64,000 nt of DNA, from contig CAZTCH010000006.1 in assembly GCA_964612745.1 (NCBI GenBank), forward strand, positions 5,477 to 69,476. The letters run 5' to 3'. This document shows positions 1-10,927 of this stretch, piece by piece; the first letter of the stretch is position 1, and each line of letters opens with the position of its first letter. Position numbers and translations under genes: made by a program. The notes under the pieces were generated by a model. The model was not told where the DNA came from. It saw only the letters and a list, made by a program, of their open reading frames with translations, and made no database searches. The DNA is from an uncultured Candidatus Saccharibacteria bacterium (GTDB lineage Bacteria > Patescibacteriota > Doudnabacteria > UBA920).

Positions 1-467
1 TTAATTAGAGATGCTATGTCCGCCAGTACTTCTTCTGCGTGCAGGGCGGGCTTTACGTTTTCGTATATCTTGGCAATTTTGCCAGTAGGGTCAATAAGGA
101 AGGAAGTGCGCAGCGTGCCCATGTACTTGCGTCCATACATGCTTTTTTCTGTCCACACACCGTAGCTCTCCACTACTTTTTTGTCTTCGTCTGCCAGTAG
201 CGTGAAGGGGAGTTCGTACTTGTTCGCGAACGTTTCATGCTTCTGGACTGAGTCCACCGAAATACCGAGTACAACTGCTTTTAGCTTTTTAAATTTTGGG
301 AAATTGTCTCGCAACGTGCAGGCTTCTGTGGTGCACCCTGGGGTATCATCTTTGGGGTAGAAGTATACCAGCACCCACTGGCCTACATAGTCTTTGAGTT
401 GGTGTACTGTCCCGTTCTGGTCGGCAAGTTTAATTCCTGGCGCTTTTTGTCCTATTTTTAAAGTCAT
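1..467 (-). CDS. bcp: Peroxiredoxin, BCP/PrxQ family (3' end runs off window)
   Basis: Manual translation from ATG at 467: MTLKIGQKAP...YFYPKDDTPGCTTEAC...GISVD...RTSFLID; no stop inside window. Confidence 0.93.
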   Translation of the reverse strand, partial: MTLKIGQKAPGIKLADQNGTVHQLKDYVGQWVLVYFYPKDDTPGCTTEACTLRDNFPKFKKLKAVVLGISVDSVQKHETFANKYELPFTLLADEDKKVVESYGVWTEKSMYGRKYMGTLRTSFLIDPTGKIAKIYENVKPALHAEEVLADIASLI

Positions 468-698
468 ACACTAGGGTTTTATATTAGGCTATTTTAACAC
501 ATATCCGTATCTTGGTGCCATACATGGCCGTGGGTGCATTATCCTTTGTGTAAGTAAACTAGGTTTGCGCAACTCTCTTGTTAATTTTATATGAAGGGAG
601 TAGAATGCGTAATGCACGCTAAATCGGCCTACTTATGGATGTTCCATTCTCAAAAAGTAGCGCATGTTTATAAATGCAGTTTCGTCAGAGGAGGACGA

Positions 699-1262
699 AT
701 GTTTACAACCTGGTTGGGTTATGCCTTGTTGGGCTTTATATCGGTGATTATGTGGCTTTTAATTAAAGGTCACGCTAATCACCTCCCCTTAGGTGAAACT
801 GGACACGCTGGTTGTCCAGATCGGAGAGTGAGAAAGTGTGTTGTAGTGCTTGGGGGATCGGCGGGGTTCACCTTCGGCTTACAGTATTTTTTGTTAGCCG
901 GACTTGCGAGCAATCACGGCCATGCTTTATTTCTCACTTATGGAAAACTCCAAGCCTTTCTGTCCGTGTTCAACACCGTGGTTTATTTTGTCCAGCTTAG
1001 AAAAACGGCTTTGTCTGTTGTGCCCCTGAAGGCTCACATGCAGGGCTGTGGTTTCACAACTGCTTGGAGTCCACTGTGGCCTGCATATTGGCTGGGGCAG
1101 GTGCCCGGTCTAAAATGGCTGCACTGGCTACGGGATGGACTTACTTTACTGGACTACTTATCGAGCTTTTTCCCACTTATGCTTATCAGTCTTTTTACCA
1201 AATGCTTGTTTGGTAAATGGACCATGCCAACTATCGCACATGTCGATGTTCGGTTTGACTGA
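699..1262 (+). CDS. Hypothetical membrane protein
   Basis: ORF with several hydrophobic segments; AGGAGG SD before ATG 699. Confidence 0.5.
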   Translation: MFTTWLGYALLGFISVIMWLLIKGHANHLPLGETGHAGCPDRRVRKCVVVLGGSAGFTFGLQYFLLAGLASNHGHALFLTYGKLQAFLSVFNTVVYFVQLRKTALSVVPLKAHMQGCGFTTAWSPLWPAYWLGQVPGLKWLHWLRDGLTLLDYLSSFFPLMLISLFTKCLFGKWTMPTIAHVDVRFD

Positions 1263-1432
1263 AAAGAGCCGTCAGCCCTATCTTGCTGCTTGCAAGATAA
1301 TGCTGACGGCTCATTATTTTTTTTATGATTTTTTAAAAATCCTTACTTCCTAAATATAGTAGCGACCTGACTATGCTGCTTGTTCCAGAAAGGTAAAGAA
1401 TTTTACCCTGTCCATAATTGCTGTAGTTGTTA

Positions 1433-3067
1433 TTAGTGTCCTTTTATGTATAATAGCGCTTCTTCAGTTTTAGAAAACACTAGCCCAGCATCTTCAAGTT
1501 TTCGGAAGGACTTTACTTGTTCCAAGGCTTTTACTGTGAAAGCATTTACTCCTGAAATGGCAACTTTTCGGTTTTGCAGTTGTACAGTATCAATTATTTC
1601 TGCGAGTGCATCTACGCCGTCGCTGTCTATGAAATATAGTTCACGGAGACGGAGCACTACCCAGTTGTATCCATTGAGGCCTGTACGGAAACGGGAGAGG
1701 TGAGCTTGGCTGTTGATGTACGCGAGCTGTCCTTTTATTGAGTAAACTAATGCGTGTTCTGGGGATCCATTTTCAATACCATTCCAGTTTAGTTTTTCAC
1801 CCTGAATAAGCGAGGTGGATCCTTTTGCCTGATTATTTATGACCATTTCAAATTGACCACGGGAGAGCTTTTCCATGAACACTAAGAGTGAGGCGCCAAT
1901 GCCGACCAGGAGTCCCATGGTGGGGTCCTTATAGACAGAAGTCGCAGTAACAAGCATTGCCAAGGCAAAACCAACTTTGTCGTACTTAAAGTATCGAATG
2001 AAGTGTTCGGCTCCAACCATGCGTATGGAGGCGAACACCAAAATGGCCGCAATAACCGCCATAGGGAGGTAGGCAAACCAAGTAAATAGCACAAGCGAAA
2101 TAATTGCTACAGCTATAGCGTTTATACCAGCTGCCATTTTATGGGTGGCGCCAGCGCGTACGTTCAGTGCGGTGCGTACGAGCACCCCGGTCGCTGGTAA
2201 TCCGCCGGCTATGCCCGACGCGATATTGGCAAGACCAAGTCCGAACATTTCCTTGCGTTCGCTGTATAAGGTCTTGGTCATGCCATCTGCTATTTTTGCG
2301 GAGAGCATGGTCTCTAGTATTGCTACAAAAGCGACTGCAACAGCGGTGGATATAATAGACTGGTTAATAACAAAGTGAGGCAGGTCAAAGAGTGAGGCGC
2401 TGAGTCCTGGGTAGGTGCTACCAATAGTAGCTAAGCTCATGGGTACTACTTTGTGCGTGGCAAGATATCCCAACAGTATGCCTATTGGTGCGAGTACGAT
2501 AGCTCCTGGAATTTTTGGTAATAGCCTGAGTAAAATAAATAAGAGGGCGAGGCCAAGGGCGAATGTAAGAAACGTTGGGGCTGATACATGTCCAATATGT
2601 TTTAAAGATTCCCAGACATTTAGGATAAATTGTTCGTGTTTTGTGAGGCCTGTTAGTCCTAGCGCCGAATTGAGTTGGTTCAAAGCTATGATTATGGCAA
2701 CACTTAGCGTAAATCCGTGAATTGTGCTTCCCGGTACGAAAACAAGAAATCGTTCTAGTTTTAGAGCCCACGAAATGAGGATAAATATACCAGCAATGAG
2801 TGCTACTATGGCTAGTGTGTCGGCTCCATGCACTAGTGCGTAGGCTGCTAAGATACCTGAGAGTGCGCCTGCAGGGCCTACTACATTAAAATGGCTTCCC
2901 CCAAATAGTGCCGCTAGGAGGCCGGCCCAAACCGCGGTAATTATGCCACTCATGGGCGTGGCGCCTGATGCTATGGCAAGAGAGATGGAGAGGGGGACTG
3001 AGACGAGGGCCACGGTTACACCCGCTTTCCAGTTTTGACTAATTCTTTGAATCCATATTTTATTCAT
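1433..3067 (-). CDS. SulP family inorganic anion transporter with STAS domain
   Basis: AGVTVALVSVPLSISLAIASG, GGSHFNVVGP and C-terminal STAS FIDSDG motifs; start trimmed to MNKIW. Confidence 0.92.
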   Translation of the reverse strand: MNKIWIQRISQNWKAGVTVALVSVPLSISLAIASGATPMSGIITAVWAGLLAALFGGSHFNVVGPAGALSGILAAYALVHGADTLAIVALIAGIFILISWALKLERFLVFVPGSTIHGFTLSVAIIIALNQLNSALGLTGLTKHEQFILNVWESLKHIGHVSAPTFLTFALGLALLFILLRLLPKIPGAIVLAPIGILLGYLATHKVVPMSLATIGSTYPGLSASLFDLPHFVINQSIISTAVAVAFVAILETMLSAKIADGMTKTLYSERKEMFGLGLANIASGIAGGLPATGVLVRTALNVRAGATHKMAAGINAIAVAIISLVLFTWFAYLPMAVIAAILVFASIRMVGAEHFIRYFKYDKVGFALAMLVTATSVYKDPTMGLLVGIGASLLVFMEKLSRGQFEMVINNQAKGSTSLIQGEKLNWNGIENGSPEHALVYSIKGQLAYINSQAHLSRFRTGLNGYNWVVLRLRELYFIDSDGVDALAEIIDTVQLQNRKVAISGVNAFTVKALEQVKSFRKLEDAGLVFSKTEEALLYIKGH

Positions 3068-3297
3068 AATGATAGTGAGTATTTGTAGGATTACTTTTAC
3101 TGACCGATACAGGCCAGACTTCAAGGATACTCCTACCAAAAATTCTTTTCAAGTGGTATACTGTGAGTGTGATTTAAAGTTGTTATATGATTGAACGTTT
3201 TAGCAAAAAGTTTGAAGTTACTTTGAGCCGCTGGTTCTACAAAATAGCGAGCAGAATTGTGAAGTAGCTAATAGGAGCTAGCTGCTAGGAATTAGGT

Positions 3298-3339
3298 TGT
3301 CGTTCGACCCTGAGCTCACGGCCGAAGGGTAGGGAGTAG
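3298..3339. repeat. REP-like dispersed element; exact 42-bp inverted copy at 40754-40795
   Basis: tgtcgttcgaccctgagctcacggccgaagggtagggagtag is the reverse complement of 40754-40795. Confidence 0.85.
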
Positions 3340-3345
3340 AAATAC

Positions 3346-3377
3346 AAAAAAACCGCTGCGAATGCAGCGGTTTTTTT
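3346..3377. terminator. Rho-independent terminator
   Basis: aaaaaaaccgctgc-gaat-gcagcggttttttt. Confidence 0.75.
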
Positions 3378-3422
3378 AGTTTTTCTATTCTCTGATCTCT
3401 AGCCTCTAATCTCTTTGCGCCT

Positions 3423-4829
3423 CTACAGCTCAAAACTATCATTGTACTTTGGCACAGTTATGTGTGCAGTTGGCAGCTTCTCTTTGAGGAGTGGTGCAAA
3501 CGTCGTTGCTTGGTCTTCTTCAGTGTGCACCAGATATATCTGTTTGAGTGCATGCAGTGAAGTAATGTAGGAAAGCAACTGGTTTTGGTCGGCGTGGGCA
3601 GAGAATTCATTGAACTTTACTATATGGGCGTTTACCGAAAAGTATTGTCCAAAAATGCGCACAGGACTGACTCCTTCTATTATTTTCCGACCCAAAGTAC
3701 CTACCCCTTGGTATCCCGTGAACATAATAATTGCATTCGGGTCTTCTATGTTGTTTTTCAAGTGGTGCAGAACCCTTCCACCTTCGCACATACCAGATGC
3801 GGAAATTATCATGACGGGCCCTGGGAGGGAATTGAGCCGTTTTGAGTCTTCTATAGACTCGGTGTAGAGCAAGTTGCGAAATTCGAGTGGCTCTTCTCCG
3901 ACTTCAGAAAAGTCGCGCCAGCTTTCTGCATCGTATTCTTCGGTGTGCCTACCAAATACTCCAGTCATTTTGGTGGCAAGTGGGCTATCTATGTAAATAG
4001 GCAGTCGGGGGATACGGCGAGCATCGGTAAGCTGGTGGAGAATGTAGGTTAGCTCTTGTGTTCGACCGAGGGAAAATGCAGGTACAACAATTTTGCTCTT
4101 GTGCTCCACTGCTATTTTAACGACATGTTCCAGTTTGTCTTTTGCATCTTCTAGTGAACTGTGGGTGCGGTTGCCGTAGGTACACTCAGAAAGCAGAACG
4201 TCTACTGGTTCGCTAATTATTTCTGGGTCACGGAGTATGGGGGTGTTGGTGTGCCCAAGGTCACCGGTAAAGGCGACTGTTTTTGTAACCCCATCTTCGG
4301 TTATTTCGAGCAGGATAATACTGGAGCCAAGTATATGCCCAGCGTCATACAGTTTAAAACGCACGCGGTCAGACAACCGTGTCCATTCTTTGCTGTGCCA
4401 GAAATATGGTGTTGGGGCAAAGTGTTGAGCGACCGCTTCTGCGTCTTCTGTGGTATAGAGCGGTGCAATCGGGTCTTCCCCTAGGGGGAGGTGGTCATTA
4501 AAATAGTTGGCATCTTGTTCTTGAATCTTGGCGCTGTCTTGCAAGATATAGCTGGCGACTTCGCACGTTGCAGGAGTGGCATAGATATTGCCTCTAAAGC
4601 CTTGTTTAACTAAGACTGGCAGCATACCGCAGTGGTCTGCATGCCCGTGTGACAAAATAACCGCGTTCACATCTTGTGCTGCAAAAGCAAACTCTTTGTT
4701 GAGCGGTGCGACTTCTGCTCTTCTGCCTTGGTGGAGCCCACAATCAAGCAGTATTTTATATCCTTGGGTATCTATAAGATGTTTAGAACCGGTGACATTT
4801 TGCGCTGCACCGTAGAAGGTAATTTTCAT
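3423..4829 (-). CDS. MBL-fold beta-CASP RNase (YSH1-like)
   Basis: SHGHADHCG, AGHILGS, FTGDLG, ECTYG, PAFSLGRTQE, FSAHAD motifs. Confidence 0.92.
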   Translation of the reverse strand: MKITFYGAAQNVTGSKHLIDTQGYKILLDCGLHQGRRAEVAPLNKEFAFAAQDVNAVILSHGHADHCGMLPVLVKQGFRGNIYATPATCEVASYILQDSAKIQEQDANYFNDHLPLGEDPIAPLYTTEDAEAVAQHFAPTPYFWHSKEWTRLSDRVRFKLYDAGHILGSSIILLEITEDGVTKTVAFTGDLGHTNTPILRDPEIISEPVDVLLSECTYGNRTHSSLEDAKDKLEHVVKIAVEHKSKIVVPAFSLGRTQELTYILHQLTDARRIPRLPIYIDSPLATKMTGVFGRHTEEYDAESWRDFSEVGEEPLEFRNLLYTESIEDSKRLNSLPGPVMIISASGMCEGGRVLHHLKNNIEDPNAIIMFTGYQGVGTLGRKIIEGVSPVRIFGQYFSVNAHIVKFNEFSAHADQNQLLSYITSLHALKQIYLVHTEEDQATTFAPLLKEKLPTAHITVPKYNDSFEL

Positions 4830-4946
4830 AATCCACAAATCACTAATTTCACGAAAGCACGAACAGTCCGTACCTGTTAATAATACCATGGCAGCCAATA
4901 AAAAAAGAGCAGTCTATTGTTGCAATAGGTTGCTCTTTTTGGCGTA

Positions 4947-6302
4947 CTACAATGAGAATTTTTCGAAATAGATTTTGTTTTTGTCGATACCAATAGTAGG
5001 CAGGGACTTGAGTAAGCCGTTCATCATGACTGGCGGACCACAGAGGAATACTTCGCGGGTGGCTGCGTCAGGCACCAGTTGGGTAATGAGTTCGGGGGTG
5101 ATGAAGCCAGAGGAATAGGTTGTAGGTTGTAGGTTATAGGTATTAGGATCAGGAAGTACTTCTGCGTTGCTCAGGACATGGTGAATCTTAAATTTATACT
5201 TTACTGCTAACACTTCTAATTCTTTTCTTAAAGCGATGTCGGATTCGGTTTTGTTACCGTAGATAAGTTCTATGTCTTTTCCCGCTTTGCCTAAGTCTTC
5301 CAGTAGACCAACAAAAGGGGTAATACCAATACCACCAGCAAGGGCAAGGATTTTAGTACCTTGGGCGCGCTTGGCAGTAAAAATACCGTATGGCCCTTCT
5401 ACATATACTTTGGTGCCCACAGGAATTTGACTAATAGTTTTGGTAAAATCACCAATGCCTTTTATAGTTTGTCGGACAGTTCGTCCGTCGTAACTTTTCG
5501 AAATGGAGAAGGGGTGGGATTCGCGGAAAAATGGTTTGGCTAAAAACCGGACAAACAGGAATTGCCCTGCGGTAAAGTGAAATGCGTCTAACGATTTTCC
5601 GCCGATCTCTACGGAGTACACATCAGAGGTTTCTTCTGACACGCTCGTGACTTGGAATTGGTGTTTGTAATTTTTCCAGAGAGGGAGTGCGAATCGAAAC
5701 ACGCCAATAGTCAGAGCCACGGACGCATAGAGAGCAAACCAGTAGATGGTTGCAACAGGGGAATTGGTAAAGTCACCACCCAGTTCCAGCTGGTGCCCGA
5801 AAGATACTGCGACCGCAAGGTAGAGTGCAAGGTGTACGTAGTACCAGCGTTCAAAGTTCCAGCGCTTCCACACTTGTAATATGGAGTAGATAATAATGCC
5901 CAAGAACAACCAAAACCCGACCACTGCACCAAGCATGTCTTCGTATTGCAACATGGAGAGGTACTGCTTGAAAAATGGCAGTCCAGCATAGGTTGCATAT
6001 GCAGCAGTAATCAGTACGGGGTGGGCGACCAGTGGGAGGATAAAATATTTACCGAGTGTGTGGTGGACACGAGCCAGTTTATCCAGTCCAAAAGCTTGCT
6101 CAATCCACGGTGCGCGGCTCATGAGGAGGAGTTGCAGCAGTGTCATGGTGGTTAATAGTAACCCAGCCAGTCTTCCTGCTGCTAGGAGCTGCCCTGCTAT
6201 GTCTCCACTGCGTAAGTCTGTCCAAGACCCCGCATGCCACAAAACAGCAATAACCAAGAGGTGTCCGCCCAAAAGCGCGTATGATATATGTTTTTTATGC
6301 AT
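4947..6302 (-). CDS. Ferric reductase-like transmembrane protein with FAD/NAD(P)H-binding (FNR) domain
   Basis: TM helices with His pairs; HPFSIS, EGPYG, AGGIGITP, CGPPVM, FEKF motifs. Confidence 0.88.
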   Translation of the reverse strand: MHKKHISYALLGGHLLVIAVLWHAGSWTDLRSGDIAGQLLAAGRLAGLLLTTMTLLQLLLMSRAPWIEQAFGLDKLARVHHTLGKYFILPLVAHPVLITAAYATYAGLPFFKQYLSMLQYEDMLGAVVGFWLFLGIIIYSILQVWKRWNFERWYYVHLALYLAVAVSFGHQLELGGDFTNSPVATIYWFALYASVALTIGVFRFALPLWKNYKHQFQVTSVSEETSDVYSVEIGGKSLDAFHFTAGQFLFVRFLAKPFFRESHPFSISKSYDGRTVRQTIKGIGDFTKTISQIPVGTKVYVEGPYGIFTAKRAQGTKILALAGGIGITPFVGLLEDLGKAGKDIELIYGNKTESDIALRKELEVLAVKYKFKIHHVLSNAEVLPDPNTYNLQPTTYSSGFITPELITQLVPDAATREVFLCGPPVMMNGLLKSLPTIGIDKNKIYFEKFSL

Positions 6303-6542
6303 GTAGGTAGTATAGCAAGGGGTATACCTATTAGAAAAACCTACTTTTTTGTACAATGCGGCTTCCCCGTTCACTAATTGAAAGTGCAATTTAAGCTACT
6401 GGTTGGTGCTTGTATCTGTCTCATATGCTAAGGAAAAAGTAGATGGGGTGTGCCGTGTTGTGTAAATGTATACTCTTTTACTAGTGCGCTGGTCCTTAGG
6501 GGTGTATACTAACTTTGTAAATTAATAACATGTGAACTGAAT

Positions 6543-6770
6543 ATGGATCGAAAAAATCTGTATGTAATTGGAGCAGCGTTAACGGTTATCGTATTGGTAG
6601 GTGCAATTGTATTTTTTGCTAACAGACCAAACCCAAATAGTTCGTCAGCAAGTTATGGGTATACCCAAGGGGGTGGCGATAGTACTGGCGGTTCTGGTGG
6701 TAGTGTGAAACCGTTTACGAAGCCTTTGCCGTGCTCATTTTGGCAGAAAGTTACTAGGCGTTGTAAGTAA
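6543..6770 (+). CDS. Small membrane-anchored hypothetical protein
   Basis: N-terminal TM segment, Gly/Ser linker, Cys-containing basic tail; -10 TATACT upstream. Confidence 0.55.
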   Translation: MDRKNLYVIGAALTVIVLVGAIVFFANRPNPNSSSASYGYTQGGGDSTGGSGGSVKPFTKPLPCSFWQKVTRRCK

Positions 6771-8105
6771 AGCCTTGAAGTTCTGGGAAACATGAGCAGT
6801 CTCTAGTGGGGGGCGCCCAGTGTATGATTTGGTGTAAAGTAAGGTTGGGTTTTCGTTGTTAAACGTTAGAGAGTAAATGGGAGAGAAGTCGCCACGCCAG
6901 ACTTCCTCCCATTGTTTTTTTGTAAGCGTATCTTCAAAAAGACCAGGCGCAAGCAAACGGTTGTGGTATGTGAAGGCTAAGACCCAAGGGGCGTCTTCCG
7001 CAGATAAGGCTATAATGTTTGCATGTTCGTTCTGTTGCGAGACTGAGCGTATTTCTTGTGCTTCTTGCGTTGTGATGAGTGGGCTTAGTGTAATTGTCTG
7101 GTACAGGGCGGCAGAATAAAACAATAAAAATGCGATAAGCAGTAACACAAGCTGTTTTTTAGGCAAGCGATTTGAAATTGAGCTTACAATCTCTGCCGAA
7201 AGTAGAATGAGTGCAAAGTCTAAGAATATTGCAGTCCTTCTGTAAAACATGTTTTGCAGAAGTTGCCAAAATATAAGAGTAATAGAAGCCGAAATCAGTA
7301 CAAGTTGAGCATGAGAGTGTTTTTGCTTTGCTGCAATTAGTATGGGCACGCTCAGTGGCAAAAGGCCGTACACCACGATGAGGGGATATTGATTTAACAA
7401 GATTCCGTCAAAGACATACGTATTACTTACAGCGATACTTTCACTGATTACTTTTCCAACTATTGCAAGCGCAGCCCCACAAACAACGAACGCTGAGAAT
7501 AGAGATGGTTTAGTTGGGAAGACTTTTTTAAGTATCCACACCGCTGCTATATGCAAGAAGAATAGACAAGTTAAAAACAGCGTTGTTTTGTGAAAAACGC
7601 ATGCTAAAAAAAAGAGTGATAGTGATTGCCAGTATTTTTTTTGCTGGAATGTGAGAAAGCCTAACAAAAATAAAACTCCTCCAAATAGTTGCTTAAATAA
7701 AAATTCCGTATATAAAGCAAAAAGAGGAAGAGAAGAAGAGGCGATTAAAAGTGCCCATTTGCCAGAATATTTATTTGCTACTTCCGCATTTGCGTACAGA
7801 AGGTACAGCAAGAAGATAAAGCCGCCAACAAATATGCTTGTGAGTAACGGCTCCTTACCCCAGGAGCCTAGAAATGCAAGCAATGGGTTTGAATAACTTT
7901 GATATGCGCTTGTTAATTTGTGGAGCGCATCTGGGTAGCTGTGCGTATTGGCAGAAAATACATAAAAACCGTAGTCATATCCGTAATAGCCCAGCGGTGC
8001 CTTGATCCAAGGGAGTGCCATGCGTAAGGTTAACAAGCTTACGGCTATAAGAATGATTGTCGTGCTGCGATTGAGTTTCAGGCGGTCTCCAGTCATGGCA
8101 TGCAA
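6735..8105 (-). CDS. Polytopic membrane protein, possible GT-C glycosyltransferase
   Basis: About 11 TM segments; GYDYGFY loop motif after the first helix. Confidence 0.6.
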   Translation of the reverse strand: MHAMTGDRLKLNRSTTIILIAVSLLTLRMALPWIKAPLGYYGYDYGFYVFSANTHSYPDALHKLTSAYQSYSNPLLAFLGSWGKEPLLTSIFVGGFIFLLYLLYANAEVANKYSGKWALLIASSSLPLFALYTEFLFKQLFGGVLFLLGFLTFQQKKYWQSLSLFFLACVFHKTTLFLTCLFFLHIAAVWILKKVFPTKPSLFSAFVVCGAALAIVGKVISESIAVSNTYVFDGILLNQYPLIVVYGLLPLSVPILIAAKQKHSHAQLVLISASITLIFWQLLQNMFYRRTAIFLDFALILLSAEIVSSISNRLPKKQLVLLLIAFLLFYSAALYQTITLSPLITTQEAQEIRSVSQQNEHANIIALSAEDAPWVLAFTYHNRLLAPGLFEDTLTKKQWEEVWRGDFSPIYSLTFNNENPTLLYTKSYTGRPPLETAHVSQNFKALLTTPSNFLPK

Positions 8106-8169
8106 AAAGGTGCTAGTGTTGGTTTGTATACGGGAAAAATGAAAAAAAGTTCTACTGTTTTAATCCGAC

Positions 8170-8568
8170 TCAGGTTCTTTTCAGCTCTAAGGCGCACGAG
8201 TTAATGCAAAATCGTTGGCCGGTCTCCGTGGGTCCATCTGGGAACACATGACCCAAGTGTGCACCGCATGTTTTGCACACCACTTCGGTGCGCTCCATAC
8301 CGTGCGACGTGTCTGGGATAAGGGTTATGTGTTCTTGGTTTGCGGGGCTCGTAAAACTGGGCCAACCGGTTCCCGAGTCAAACTTGGTTTCTGATGAAAA
8401 CAACGTTTGCCCACAGTTCGAACACGTGTACATGCCTTTTCTGTGTTCGTCCCAATATGCTCCAGTAAATGGTGCTTCGGTGCCTTTTTCTCTGGTGACG
8501 TGGTATGTATCGGGGTCGAGTTTTGCTTTCCATTCGTCGTTTGTTTTTGGCAGATCTGTTTGATTCAT
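8170..8568 (-). CDS. msrB: Peptide-methionine (R)-S-oxide reductase
   Basis: GTEAPF, KFDSGTGWPSF, HLGHVFPDGP, RFCINS. Confidence 0.97.
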   Translation of the reverse strand: MNQTDLPKTNDEWKAKLDPDTYHVTREKGTEAPFTGAYWDEHRKGMYTCSNCGQTLFSSETKFDSGTGWPSFTSPANQEHITLIPDTSHGMERTEVVCKTCGAHLGHVFPDGPTETGQRFCINSCALELKRT

Positions 8569-8613
8569 GTGGTTTGTAATACTAATGTGTACTGTACACT
8601 GGGCGTAGCTGGT

Positions 8614-10257
8614 TTAGGTTCTTCTGAGGTGCTTTTCGTAGTACTGCATGTCGGCGTCAGTTTTTTTGTGGGGGTTAAAGATATTGAGCGGGTCAAAGAT
8701 ATGTTTGACTTGTCGGAAGAGCTCCATCATGTGTGGGCCGTACATAAGTTCGAGGTATGGACCGCGGACAATGCCGTCGTTGTGTTCTGCAGTAATAGAC
8801 CCTTTGTACTGCATGACGAGCCTGAACACTTCTTCTGACAAACGAGTGACCGCTTCTCGCTCCGAATCTTTTTGCAGGTCCATGAGTGGCATGATGTGGA
8901 AGTTCGCATCGCCTGCATGTCCGGCAATGGTGTAGACGAATGAAGGGTATCGCGAAAAGATTTCATTTAGTTTTGGTAAAAACTCTGGTAGTTGGTCAGG
9001 ATGCACAATGACGTCTTCTATGAAGCACGCAGTAATCCGGTTTTTAGTGTGTTGGCGAAGGAGGTTGTAACTTTCACGGCGAATAGTCCAGTATTTCTTT
9101 GCTTCTGTTTCAGTGCGGGTGACTCTACTTGCAACGCCATGTGTCTGCTGGAGTGCTTCGGTAACTTGTGTTGCTTTTTGCGTGGCTTCGGCGTCTGTTT
9201 CGCCAGAAAATTCTGCGAGCAGTACCAGTCGGGGAATGCCTCCGGTGTAAGACATCCATAGTTCTGGTAAGAACTGCCACAAAAGCTGTAACGATTTACC
9301 ACCCATTTTTTGCATGAGCTCTGGCAAGTAGGTCAGTGCCAGTTTGAGAGTGTGGTCGTCGAACAATTCAAAGCTCTCTGGGCGGAATTTTTTAATGAAC
9401 GTGACAATGTCACCCAGTTTTTCTAGTGTGGGCAAGAACACCACGACTGTTCGGTGGTGCGGCAAAATGGGGGTGAGCTGAAAAGTGATGTCGGTAATGA
9501 TCCCTAAAGTACCTTGCGAGCCCACCAGTAGTTTGGTAAGGTCGAACGTTTTCCCGTCCCAGATTTTCCACAAATAGTATCCCGCTGAATTTTTGGAAGT
9601 AGATGGTTCTGCGGCCGTAATCAGTTCGCTGTGGGTAGAAATCAGGTGCCAGAGTTGGCGGTAAAGCTGCCCTTCGAATGTTGGTTCTTTGACTTTGTTT
9701 GCGAGCTGGCTTTCGGTGAGTGGGCGAATGGTGTATTCTTTGCCATCGGCGAGTACTACCGTCAGTTCTTTTACCCAGTCCACGACTTGGCCGTACGAGA
9801 GAGATTTTTCTCCGCCCGCATTGTTCCCGACCATGCCCCCAATACCGCAAATTGCTTTCGAGGCAGGGTAGGCGGGCATGAGCAGGTTTTGCGCTACGGT
9901 TACTGGCTCAAAGTCTCGGTAGTAAGCCCCCGGTTGGACACGAATGGTTTGTTCGGGGGTGACTTCGCCAATGTGGTTGAGGTGTTTGGTAAAGTCGAGC
10001 AAAATGCTTTCGGTAATGCTGCCGCCAGTCATGTCTGTTCCACCTGCTCGGGGAGTGAGCGAGGTTGGTCTTCCTGCTTTTGTTTCGGCGGTGGCAAACT
10101 CTACGAGACGAGTAATATCGGCAGTCGAAGCTGGTTGAGCGACGAGTTCAGGGGTGGCTTCAAAAATACTTGCATCGCGGGAAAATGCTTTTTTTGTTTC
10201 TGCGTCTTGGAGTAATTCTCCAGAAAAGTTTGGTATCAAATTTTGTATGTCTTTCAT
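8614..10257 (-). CDS. FAD-linked oxidase, GlcD/D-lactate dehydrogenase family
   Basis: PRAGGT, GSQGTLGIIT, GHAGDANFH, AEHNDG, FDPLNIFNP. Confidence 0.9.
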   Translation of the reverse strand: MKDIQNLIPNFSGELLQDAETKKAFSRDASIFEATPELVAQPASTADITRLVEFATAETKAGRPTSLTPRAGGTDMTGGSITESILLDFTKHLNHIGEVTPEQTIRVQPGAYYRDFEPVTVAQNLLMPAYPASKAICGIGGMVGNNAGGEKSLSYGQVVDWVKELTVVLADGKEYTIRPLTESQLANKVKEPTFEGQLYRQLWHLISTHSELITAAEPSTSKNSAGYYLWKIWDGKTFDLTKLLVGSQGTLGIITDITFQLTPILPHHRTVVVFLPTLEKLGDIVTFIKKFRPESFELFDDHTLKLALTYLPELMQKMGGKSLQLLWQFLPELWMSYTGGIPRLVLLAEFSGETDAEATQKATQVTEALQQTHGVASRVTRTETEAKKYWTIRRESYNLLRQHTKNRITACFIEDVIVHPDQLPEFLPKLNEIFSRYPSFVYTIAGHAGDANFHIMPLMDLQKDSEREAVTRLSEEVFRLVMQYKGSITAEHNDGIVRGPYLELMYGPHMMELFRQVKHIFDPLNIFNPHKKTDADMQYYEKHLRRT

Positions 10258-10373
10258 GTGTGTAGTATATCATTCGTGTCGCATTCACCCGAAACGAATG
10301 TGTGTGTAGCGCCTCTTGTGGTTTCTCTGGTTTCGGTAGTTTGGTATACTATGACTTGAAGTAACGTTGTTAT

Positions 10374-10874
10374 ATGCCAAAACAGAAAAAACAAGCTCCA
10401 GTAGTCATACAGCCAAAGCCATCACGGTATCGGTTGGTGGCAAAGCGTAGTAGTGCCGGACTCGGGTTGTATACACTTGATGCAATACCGAAGGGCAAGA
10501 AAATAATTCAGTACGGTGGGTACAAGATTACCAACGACGAAGCAGACCAAAAGGGCGGCAAGTATTTATTCGAAATTATAGAGAGTGAATTTACTATAGA
10601 CGGTACGCCACGGTGGAACTTGGCGCGGTATGCCAACCATTCGTGTAAGCCAAATGCAGAAGCAGTATGGTACGGGCACGATGTGTGGATTTGTTCCAAG
10701 CGAGGGATTAAGGCAGGAGAAGAGTTAACGTACAATTACGGGAAAACATATTTTAACGATATCATTGGTGGGGAAAAGCACTGCCAGTGTGTGGTGCACA
10801 AGCCACGCAAAGGCACACTCGGGGTGCTGACCGAAGCAGAGCAAGCAAAGTTTGCGCGTAAATTTGCCAAATAA
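10374..10874 (+). CDS. SET domain protein-lysine methyltransferase
   Basis: GLGLY, RYANHSCKPN, GEELTYNY, post-SET CxC. Confidence 0.92.
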   Translation: MPKQKKQAPVVIQPKPSRYRLVAKRSSAGLGLYTLDAIPKGKKIIQYGGYKITNDEADQKGGKYLFEIIESEFTIDGTPRWNLARYANHSCKPNAEAVWYGHDVWICSKRGIKAGEELTYNYGKTYFNDIIGGEKHCQCVVHKPRKGTLGVLTEAEQAKFARKFAK

Positions 10875-10927
10875 TCGCAACTTCCGTACTATTTTAGATA
10901 TAAAGTAAGCAGTAAGACACAAGACAT

